IMG/VR virus record: IMGVR_UViG_3300021139_000016
Location: 1 to 58,570 of that record
Length of the DNA stretch: 58,570 nt
Direction: 5' to 3' (one strand)
Source of the DNA: a virus
Lineage: Duplodnaviria > Caudoviricetes
Shown here: one piece after another, positions 46,412 to 58,400 of the stretch
Layout: each line of letters starts with the position of its first letter
Position numbering within the stretch: position 1 is the stretch's first letter
Made by a program: the position numbers and the translations under genes
Notes under the pieces: generated by a model
Told to the model about the DNA's origin: nothing
What the model saw: only the letters and a program-made list of their open reading frames with translations
Database searches by the model: none

Positions 46412-49400
46412 TACAGATCTCCCTCTACGTCTAATTTGCCTACATCTTTACGTTCGGCCCATACTGTATAGAAACAGTTGATTTTCTTATTCATAATATT
46501 TTCATTACCAATGTAGACTTTATTGTTTTCAATACGATCTACATAAAGTTTCTGATGTGAACCAATCGGTGTTATATCTACAGTAATAGAACTTTCGTCA
46601 ACTAATGCAGTCCAGTAATCTGGAAGCTCAATAACTCCTGTATCACAACGTCCACGAACATAAACACCATTTTCTGGTCCTTCTAAACTACCATATTGTA
46701 ATTTCTGTCCAGGTTTAGTTGGATGGTCAATCAAGAAGCTCTTAGCAGTAGCATACAATGTACCACCAATATAAACGTTTCCGCCAACTCCAATACCACC
46801 ATTAGTAATTACTAACGCACCTGTTGTTGTGCTTGTTGAGTTTACACCAGATGCAATAGTTAAACTATTGTTTGTTGTACCACCAAATTGTGTCATCAAG
46901 TTTGCAAATGTAGTAACTGTGCTACCTGCAACTGTTGCGGTTGTTGCAACAAACAAACTACCACCTGTGTAGATGTTATTGCTTGTTGATGGAAGAGCAC
47001 TTCCTGAAGTTGGTGTATAGTAACCTGCGATATAACCTGGCTCGGCTTGAGCACCATATATATAGATACCAAATCCATTACCAGTATAGCTGGTTAAGCT
47101 GTCATTGATAACTGTACCAGCACCAATTGCTGTGTAGATACCAAATGTAGTAGCAGTAGCAGTACCCGGAGCATTAACTGTTAATGAACAACGATACCAG
47201 TTACCAGTTCCTACATAAGGAACTAATTCAATACGACCAGTTACTGGATATAATCCAGCGGCTGTACTTGCAACAACACCAGTTGATAAGTTATACCAAG
47301 CTGAGTGTGCCTGACCTGCTACAGTTACGTTGATTGCACCATATGTACGATCAGCGGCTTGTAAGAATACGCTAACTGTTACAGGACCAGTTTGACTAAT
47401 TGTTTGTTGGAAATAATGGTTACCTCCAGTGGTACTTTCAATAAGTTTAGTAGCATTTAATGTGCCGTCTGGACTGTATGTACTACCTGCCTGGAAGGTT
47501 GAATTTAATTTAACCCAGTTAGACTGTGAATAGTCACTTGAATAAACTAAAATATTACCACCCTGTGAATATATACCGTTAGCGATAGTTGCACCGCCGT
47601 GGATAGCATTATTCTGTGTTATTAAGTTAGCACCGCTGTTAATAAAGACACTTGAGTTACCAATTACAACAGGTCCGCCAACAAATAAATCTTTACCAAT
47701 ACCAGCACCGCCAACTGTTGTTAAGCCGCCGGTTAGTGTTGAAACAGAAACTGTAGCTGTGTAAACGTTAATGTATGGTGTGCTGGTTGAGCTACCACCG
47801 CCACCGCCACCACCACCGGTGCTTACAGCTGAACCGTTAACATAAATGTTACCTTGGACGTATAATGAACCGCCAATACCAACACCGCCTGCAACTGTCA
47901 ACGCACCTGTTGTAGTGCTTGTTGCTGAAGTAATGTTTGTGATGTTTGTAACACCAGGCATTGTCATTGTGCCTGCGGCATTGAACGATACTTTTAAGTT
48001 ACCTTGACCGTCTGATATCAATACGTTATTGCTTGAAGTAGCAATAGTAGCACCAGTGTTACCACCAATAATAACGTTATATGCACCGGATGTGATTGCG
48101 TTACCAGCTTGGTAACCAAGCATCACGTTCTGTGTACCAATCGCTTGTTGTAGGGCTTGGTAACCAATAGCAATGTTATTAGATAGTGTTGTTGAATTTC
48201 CGTAACCTGCTTGGTAACCAATTAATACGTTATTAGTACCAGCCGCAATGTAATAACCTGCGCTTTGACCAAATATGGTATTAGCAGTACCGTTAGTTAA
48301 TGAGTAACCTGCAGAGTTACCAACTACTGTATTTTGTGCGCCACTTACTGTGATACCTGCGTAAGCACCAATAATAACAGATTGTGCTGAACTTGTAGTT
48401 GCTGGATAACCTGCGTTACCGCCGTTCAAGAATATTGAGCCTTGGCCTGCACCGCCATCATCATTTACTGCAAGTTGTATTGTCTGCCAACGAACTTTGC
48501 CTACGTTAGTACCAAAGTTTAAGTTGCCGCCAGTCCAAACGTTTCCGCCTAGACCTAAACCACCGTTAGTAATAATAACTGCACCAGTTTGTGTGCTTGT
48601 AGCCTGTGTAGCATTGATGTGTGTTGTAACACCAGTAATGTTTACTGAGTTAGCCAACGTTGTGATGCCGCCAACATATAATTGTCGACTGATACCAACA
48701 CCACCTGTTGTGTATAATGCACCAGAGCTGGTTGATCCAGAATCTGTATTATTTTGTATAAAGATCTGACCTGTTACAGTACCACCATTGAACGCTCCTG
48801 AGAAGCTACCAATGTTTTGTGTTGTAACAATCTGATATCCATTAATCCAACTGTTATTGGTTAGATAGATACTTTGTGCGCCAATACCACCAGTGACTTG
48901 TAATGCGTTACCTGCAATAGTTGATGTACTTGCAATATTAGAACTGATATATGTTGTGCCAGTAATGTGTGCTGTCGATCCAACATACAAATCACCGCCA
49001 ATACCGACACCACCGTATGTTACAATACTACCGCTTTGTGTGCTAATTGATACTGTTGCTGTTGCAATAGTAAATGCACCATTGCCAAAGCGAGCCATTT
49101 CATAGTTAGATTGGTTAGCAAATATCAAGTTACTGCTGTAGCTCATTACAGCATCACCTTGAGCCGCAGTAGCAATAAAGTTACTTGGAGCACCTGCTAT
49201 ACCAATACGCCAGTCAGCTTGAGCACCTGTAGTTGTTCGTGTTACTTCTAGGTCAATATATGAACCTGCTGAGTTTGAACGTAGTTGATGGCTCTGTGCA
49301 CCTGTAGCATATATACCATAACCGGCACTTGCCGCGCCGCTGATATGTAATTTACCTTGTAAGTTGCTGGTTGCACCAACACCTAAGTTACCGCCTGCGG

Positions 49401-52400
49401 CACCACTGTCAATGATACCACGCAAGGTCATTGATGTACCGTTAGTTGTATAGAATCCTAGTGCGCCGTTTAATCCGCTTACAGCACCAATCGAAGCACC
49501 GCCACTGGCAAATGCTTGGTTGCTGTTCATGAAAGCTATACCAGCTGTACCAATTCCTAATAGGTCACGACCGATCTGCCAACGGTTATAAGCTTCTGTT
49601 GAAGCAACTTCATATATTGCTTGTGAGCCACCACCGTTTGTAATCTGTACACGAGAGTTAGCATAGTTACCAACAACCACGTTGCCGTTAACTTCGAGTG
49701 CTTGTCCTGGAAGTGTTGTATTAATACCAACGTTTCCGCCAAAGTAACCTTGGCTTGCAACTGTTAAGTTACCATTAATACCCGCTCCACCGAATACTTG
49801 CAAGCTACCAGATGCAGTATTGCCTAATGTACCTGCGCTATTGTATACTTGACCAATCGCGGCATATCCACCTGTGTATAGGTTACCACCAATACCAACA
49901 CCGCCATTTTGAACAATCAATGCACCTGTTGTTGTGCTTACGGCTTGTGTACCGTTGTTGATTGTTAAGGCCGCATTAATTGTACCACCAGAGAAGCTGT
50001 TAATATTAGCCGCTGTAATAATCGGACTTGTGCCAATGAAACCAGCTGTTGCGATATACAATGTATTAGCACCAATACCACCTGTTACAGTTACAGCATT
50101 ACCTGCGATTGTACCTGTATTAGATAGTGTGCTGGCTACGTTGATTGTACCGCCATGATATGTATCTTTTGTAACTGCTAGGCCACCGTAGGTTACGATA
50201 GAACCTGTGTTTAGTGCCGCTGTAGCATTTGTTGTTGTGTTAACAACGATTGCATTGTTTACGTATCCACCGTTGTATGCGTATCCACCAATGTTAGCTA
50301 CAGTAATAACTGCACTACCATTAACGTATGCATTGGTATCGATAGTTAAGTATTTTGCACCAATACCGCCAGGTGTGTAAATTGCGTTACCTGTTGCACT
50401 GGTTAAGTTGTATAGTGTACTTTGTACTGTTGCTGTATTTCCGACAGTTAAACTCTTACCGATACCAACGCCACCGATTACTTGCAAACTACCCGATTGT
50501 GTTGTGTTAGAATCAACTGTACCAGAAATTCTGCCAGTTACAGAAAAAAGTGTGTTCCATGGTAATGTTGCGCTACCCAAATACATACCACCTGCTGTAG
50601 AAGGATTAATACCAACATTCGATACCCAGCTACTAATACCATCAAACAATAACGTAGCATAAGGAGAAAGTGTATTGCCAACAGCAATACCTGAATTAAT
50701 TGCAAGAGCCGGGTTAGTTGAATTAGTGCTTAGGTATAGAACCTTGTCACCAGTTTGGATGTTTGTTGAGTTAACATAAGTTTGTGTGCCATCAACATAC
50801 AAATCGCCTGTTAGGTACATGCTACCTAATACGTTGGCATTACCACCAACCCATAAGTTGCCGCCCATACCCAAGCCACCATTGGTAATAACGATAGCAC
50901 CAGTTGTTGTGCTTACTGATTGAGTAGGATTGTTAATAGTCAACGCATTGTTGATTGTACCACCAGAGAAGCTGTTGATGTTAGCACTGGTAACAATCTG
51001 TGCGTTACCAATATAACCATTACCGCTTAGGTATAAGTTAACTGCACCGATACCACCATTCGGTACTTGTATCGCATTGCCTGCGATAGTGCTTGTGCTT
51101 AGTAGACTTGAACCAACATATAAACTTTGTGTGATTGCCGCACCACCAGTTACCTGTAGGGCACCTGTTCCTGCACCAGTTTGATCTGTACCTGTGCTTA
51201 GTGTTAATGTTCCCCCAATAGTTAATGGGCTTCCTGGAACGTTAATATTAGTTGCTGTAATATTTGTAGCAACTAGATTACCGTAGAAGTTAGCACCTGC
51301 ATAGATATTACCGACTGCTGATATACCACCAGCTGTACGGATAGCACCGCTTGAATTATTAACTGCTTGTGTTGTTGTGTTTACATACAATGGTGCAGTA
51401 ATTGTACCACCATTGAATGAGTATGAGCCAATGTTAGCCGCTGTAATAACTTTACTGTTACCAACCCATGCCGCACCTGTTACGTTTAAGCTACCAAACC
51501 AACCGCCACCACTTACTTGCAGAGCGTTTGTACCGATAGTACTTGTGCTTGCGCCTGCGGCTGTTGTAATGATCTGACCTTTAGCGGCAAAGTTTCCGGC
51601 TGAAGTAAATCTTGCCCATTCAACTGTTGTATTTGCGTTGGTGTTGTTGTCCCATGCACCGCCTGCAAATACCAATGCACTTGGGCTACCTGCAGACTGT
51701 GTACCAGAAGCAATCCAATGTTCGAATGTTGTACCATCACCGTTAGGATTGAATGCGGCAAATGCTAATTTGCTGATATCCGAGCTACCAATACCTAATG
51801 CGTTTTCTAAAGTATTGTTCAAGCTCATCAAGTTGGTCATTGTATTGGCAGTTTGTATCCAATTCCATGTACCTGCAGAACTTGCATTTAGGTGTATACC
51901 GTATTGTGGATTAGTGTTACCTACTCCAAATACAGCACCTTGCGCTCCACCGACAGCATTGTATACTGTGTAGCGAGCTATTTCATTCTTGTTTTGAACT
52001 ATAGCAAAAGGTAAGTTGGTATTATTTGAACCAATGTTTATTGCATTGAGTGTTGAGTTGATACCAAAATAGCCATCATATGATGCAGAGAACGGATCAA
52101 CAAACGCAAAATATCCGCCCGACCAAATGTTTCCGCCAGCGCCTATACCGCCATTCAATACTTGTAGAGCACCAGTTGTGGTTGATGTTGCCTGTGTTGC
52201 GTAATTAATAACCAATGGGTTATTAATTGTACCACCAGAGAAGCTATTGATGTTAGCCGCTGTAATTACTGGACTACCTGCGATCCATGCTTGATTCTTG
52301 ATGTTCAAGTAACCTGCATAAACACCACCAACTACTTGTAAAGCATTACCTGCCTGTGTTGATGTGTTGAATATTGCAGAACTTACTGTACCAGTTGTAA

Positions 52401-55400
52401 TTGTTGCTGTACCAGCAGTAATTGTCTTGAATGTTGATGAGTTAGCAGTAACATTCAATGCTCCGCCAATCCATACATTACCACCGATACCAGCACCGCC
52501 ATTAGTTACTTGGAATGCTCCAGTGATTGTTGAAGTAGCTTGTGTTGCACTATTAATAATAATAGGTTTGCTAATCGTACCACCGTTGAATGAGAAGTTA
52601 CCAATAGTTGCTGTTGTAATTACAACACCACCGTTGACTGTTGCGATCTGGTTGACCATCAACATGTCTGAGTAGATACCGCCAGATACTACTAACGCAT
52701 TTTGTGTATTAGTTACTGTAGATTCTAGTAAGCTGGTGATGTACTGTTGGCCGCCGACAATTAATGTGCTACCAACACCTAATCCACCTGCGACTGTAAC
52801 AGCCGCGCTTTGAGTGCTTGTTGCATCAGTTGTATTTGTAAATGTTGTTACATATCCATTATTGGCTGTAAGAATTGGACTACCTGCCAACCATGCATCT
52901 GGACCGTTGATGTTTAATTGTCCACCAATGTATGCACCACCGACTGTGTATAATGAATTAGATAAGTTTGTAAGCGTACTGCTTAATGGAGAACCTAAGT
53001 ATGCATTTGCACTTGCGGCAATACCACCAGTAATCTGTAAGCTACCAGTTAGTGTACTTGTTGCAGAAGTATTTCCAACAATTTTAATTGTGTTGAAATA
53101 ACCATAACTCCATGCAGATGTAAATGTTCCTAGTCCAATACCTACTTGACTTGGATTGATACCTGCGCTAGATTGCCAGCTTCCAACACCATCAAATGTT
53201 AAACTTGAGAATACAGAACCTGTATGTCCTACTACTAGACCAGAACCGCTTGCTGAAAGAGCGTTTGAAGATCCTGTGCTTAGGTATATTAGTTTATCAC
53301 CAGTTTGAATACTGGTTGAGTTAACGATTGTATTAATACCATCAACAAATAAATCTCCGCCAACGTGCAATGCTCCGCCAATGAAAACTGATTTGCCAAT
53401 ACCAACACCGCCGGCTACAGTTAATGCACCAGTTGCAGTAGATATAGAATCTGTTGTGTTAGATAAGTTTAATGTGTTACCAATTGAACCACCAGAGTAT
53501 TGATTCAATGTTGCAGTTGTAACAATCAACGCACCATTTAGATAACCGTTATTAGCACCATATATGTTTCCGCCAACCCATAGATCTTGTTGAACGCTGG
53601 CTCCGCCTGCTACAGTCAATGCACCTGTTGTAGTACTTGTTGCATTTGTTGTAGACGTAATTGCTACAGAACTATTGAACTGTGCCGAAGGAGAGTAAAC
53701 TACAAACGGACCATAAGAAACTAAACCGTTGTTAAATGTTGTTTGTGCATTATTAAATGTTGCGGCACCATTAATTACAGCAGGACCATTTACATTTAAT
53801 TGTGTAAACGGATTAATATTAATTGCACCAGCAGTTGTGCTGATAGATAGTGTGTTAGCAACGTTTACATAATTTGTAACAGTATTGTTAAGATTTATAA
53901 CACCAGATGTTAGATTTAAATTGCCGCCAACGGTAGCGGTGTTTGTAACAGCTATTGAATCATTAACATTGATTGTAGAATTAACCCATAGATTACCTAA
54001 TACGCCAACGCCACCGCTTACTTGCAATGCACCTGTTGTTGGTGATGTTGCTAATGTTGTACTTTGTATTGTGGCTGTATTTGTTACATATAAATTCTTG
54101 CCAAAATGTCCGGACCCGCCTACCCATAGATCAAGCAGTATGCCAGCACCACCACTTACCTGTAGAGCACCTGTTGTAACACTTGTCGAACTGCTTGTGT
54201 TCACAACTTGTAATGGATTATGGATCGGTGTTAAGCCGTCATATGTTCCTGCGTATGTACTAATGTTACCAGAAGTAACAATTGGATAACCATTGATCCA
54301 ACCATCTGTAGTTAGATATAAATGTGCGGCTCCAATACCACCAGTAACTTGTAATGCGTTACCTGAAATTGTGCTTGTGCTGTAAGCAGAGCTTGTTGTT
54401 AGAACTGAGCTTGCGTTTACAGTTTTGATATATGCACTATTCCATTGAAGTGCTACACTACCAATTCCGTATGTGCTGTCAGTAAATGGATTCAATCCAC
54501 CTTTGCTGATCCAGTTACCTGCCGCGGCTGATCCGCCGTCAAACAATAAACTTGCCCAACGATCGTTTTCAATTCCGTCATCTTTACCTACAACAATACC
54601 AGAACCTGCTGACTGTAGAGCATTTCCTGTTTGTGTACTTAAGAATATAATCTTGTTACCAATATCAACGCTTGTGCTATTGATTGATGTAACTGTTCCT
54701 GCAACATTCAAGCTACCTTGAATAAGCATGTTGCCACCGATTAAGGCGCCACCACCTACTTGAAGAGCGTATGTTGCTGTACTTGTAATTTGTAAAGGAC
54801 TTGTAACAGCTGATCCGCCAACAAAACTACCAATCGTACTTGAAGTAACAATCTGCGCTCCGTTGATCCAACCATCTGTACTTAGATATAAGTGTGCCGC
54901 ACCAATACCACCACTTACCATTAATGCATTACCAGCAATAGTACCGGTGTTATAAGCAACATCAGTCATTGTTATTGCCTGAGAAGTTGAAGAACCTCTA
55001 GACAATACTGTATCTAATGTGCTAATATCACTAACTGTTATTGAACCTGTGTTACCTGTTAGAGAAATATCAGATCCAGCTGTTAATCTTTGAACACCTA
55101 AGTTAACAATATTAATTGTAGCTGTTGTACCAGATTTGGTTACGCTTGCACCAATGTAGGCATCCGTAGTTGCAGTAACGTTTGTTAATACACTACCGCC
55201 GCCTAATAGATTTAGGTTGCCACCAACTGTTAAATTACCACCAACTCCAACTCCGCCATCAACAATCAATGCACCTGTTGTAGTGCTTGTAGATTGTGCT
55301 AGGGCAGTAATATGGATTGGGTTTGGAACGATACCACCAAGACTTGCTCCAATACTTGCAGTGGTAACAATCTGATAGCCACCAATCCACCCGCTGTTAG

Positions 55401-58400
55401 TTAGATATAATGTTTGAGCGCCAATGCCGCCGTTAGGAGCAACAAAAGCGTTGTTTAAAATTGAGCTTGTAGAAATCGCAGAGCTATAAGATGTAACAGT
55501 ATTGCCTGCATACACAGCTCCGGCAATACCTGCACCGCCTGCAACGGTAAACGCACCAGTTGCTGTTGATGTACTTGCTTGTGTACTTGGTACAGCAAAC
55601 GAACCTGTGATACTTAACGAACCGTTAACCTGCGCATTGCTGTTGATAATGGTACTGCTACCGCTGTCAGGGCTGATTGTGATATTACCGGTCAAGCTGG
55701 CAATAGTTCCACCCGACAATGCAAGATCGCCAACTGCAACGCTTGTTGGCAATATAACTGCATTGTTAGTGCCATCAGTAATAATTAATTCGTTAATACT
55801 GCTCAGGTTAACGTTAGCAGAACCAAAGCTAACTGCACCTGTTTGTTCGTTGACTAAGAAACTGTTACCAACACGGAAGTTACCACCTTGGTCGACTGTT
55901 TGGTAGTAAACAATACCACCGTTAGTTTGTGTTACTTCATTTGTTTGTACAACTAAAGTAGAATCATTAGTAATGTCGCCGCCTGCACCAATGAATGCCA
56001 TGTTGAAGGCAATTAGTTTTAAGTCTGTACCTGTACCATTAGCAACAACACCCTTGTTACCATATACAGCGGCTGAACCAATACAACGGAGTTCTGCACC
56101 AAACTGATGATAGTCTGCTAGAGTAATTCTTGTAGCAGTCTGTGGACTTGTTCCTGTTGAGAAAACATTTTGTGTTGCTGTGCCGTCATCGATAAATGAT
56201 GTCGAATTATTTCCGCTATCAAAATGCAACATTAATACTGTTGCAACATCGCTTGTTTGTGCGGCTGACGGAACTGTATAACTGCTTACGTATCTATCTA
56301 CGTTACTGATACGTAGATCGTCCATGTAACCGTTGAACCAGTTGATACCAGTTGCATCTGCACCGATGTTTAATGGATCTGTAGAGTTTACGTTTGCTAC
56401 TGCACCTAATGCATATCCATCAATCGTTCCGTTAACAAAAACTGCAACGCGATTTAGGCTGGCATCACGTGTCATTGCAACATGATACCAAGTGCCAGTT
56501 GATAGAGATGTAGTACCTACGGCATTAGCGATGCCCCAGTAACCAGATAAATGTCCAGTTGAGTTAACTTGCAACATGACCTGGCTTCCAGAGCTAGATC
56601 CTTTGTTGAAAATTGTGTTAGTAACTCCGTTACCATTTAACCAAATCCATGATTCAAATGTAAAGCTACCTACGCCAAATTGATAATCAACATCGCTTAA
56701 TACTTGTAAGTATCCTGATGTTCCATCAAAGTAAGCGGCACTGGTTCCAAATTTCTTCTGGGTAGTGCTTTGTTTAGCAGTAGCAATAGGTGTTACAGTT
56801 TTTGGTGTACGATCATTAACTGTAGCAAAGCCCCAAACTGGCCCTGTCATATAGACATAACCATTTGATGCAGTTGTGATTGTGCCTTGCGCTAGAGTGT
56901 TGCCAGCAGGATCTTTGTAATTTAATACATCACCGGACGCAAATGCACCGCTTGCTCCAGATAATTTAATTCTTGTTTGTCCAGATCCGCTTAGACCAGT
57001 TGCGCCAGCTTGGGCGTTAATTGCAGTATTGGCAAAATATACGAAACCGTTCAATAGTTCTGCGCGAACACCGTTGGTCATGTAGATACCAGTAGCGTTC
57101 GGAGTAACAAATGTTACTTCATTGAACAACATAGCAGGTTCTAAACTGCCTGCGGCTAAGACACCTGCGTCTAAGTAAACACCGCTACCAGCATTAGCCG
57201 ATGCGTAACCAAATGGATCAGTTGCTGTTTGAACTGTACCTTTAGTAATAAAACTTACACGCTCAACATAAGGGCTCTTACTTGTGATCTTAGCGCCGGA
57301 TGCAAATGCAATACCGTAACCAGGTTGGTAGTAATTGGCTAAAGTTAAATCAGTGATTAATGTTTCACCATTTAACAAGAAACCATTTAATGTATTTGTT
57401 GCTGTTGTCGGTTGGATTACAGTTGAACGTAATCCGCCACCTTGGATAATAACACCAGCCGGAACAGTTAAAGGCCATGTTTCAGTATAGATACCTTGGG
57501 CTAGATAAATTGTTGTACCTGTGGTAGCAACGCTCAGAGCTTTTGCGACTGTAGCAAATGGACTTATTGGTCTTAGACCGTCATTAGAATCATTACCGCT
57601 GGTTGCGCTAACATAACGAACATTGTTTGCATGATTTAACAAATCAACGCCGTTGGCCCAAACAGTGCCTGTACCTGTACCTGTAGTCAAATACAGATTG
57701 TTTACTAAAGCTGATACTGTGTTTACATAAATGGTACTGCTAAAATAAGCATTGCCATATGAATTTAGAGATGTACCAGTATTGAATAAAGTAACTGGAC
57801 CACCAACGTTTAAGTTGCTCGAGAATCCAACACCGCCTGCTACTCTTAATGCGCCACTGTTACTTGAAGTAGATGTTGCGGTTGATGCGATGTACAATGA
57901 ATTGTTAATTGTACCGCCAGAGAATGCATTGATTGTTGCCGATGTAACAATTTGTGCGTTATTAATATAACCAGCTTGTGCAATGTACAATGTTGTAGCA
58001 GTAATACCGCCTGCAACATTTAATGCGTATGGTCCGTTACCTGGAATGATACTTACATTAGTACCGCTAACAATCATCTGTGTAGATGTATTGTTGATAT
58101 AAACTGTATTAGTTGTAGTATTGCCGCGATCAGTTACTGTCTGTAGTGTAGACAAGTTAGAAAGAATAACGTCACCGGTATAATACTTAGTACCATTCCA
58201 TGATACTCCTAAGTCGCCTGTTGTGCTTACAGTTAACACACCTAAGTTAGTTACTGTTGCAACACCAACTTGCATTCCGTTTGACGCAGTAGTAGCAGTA
58301 ATACCAATACCAGGACTTCCAAGTAAACCAATAATACCTGTATTGGTTAGATTAACTGTTACAAAAGAACCAGTTACTACTGTTGATTGTACAGCAATAC

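Noticed and set aside
46896-57970. Many 60-134 aa ORFs antisense to or overlapping the giant fibre gene
   Set aside because: Shadow frames produced by Gly/Thr/Ala codon repetition; no RBS or promoter support. The same applies to antisense ORFs over sheath, ssb and helicase.
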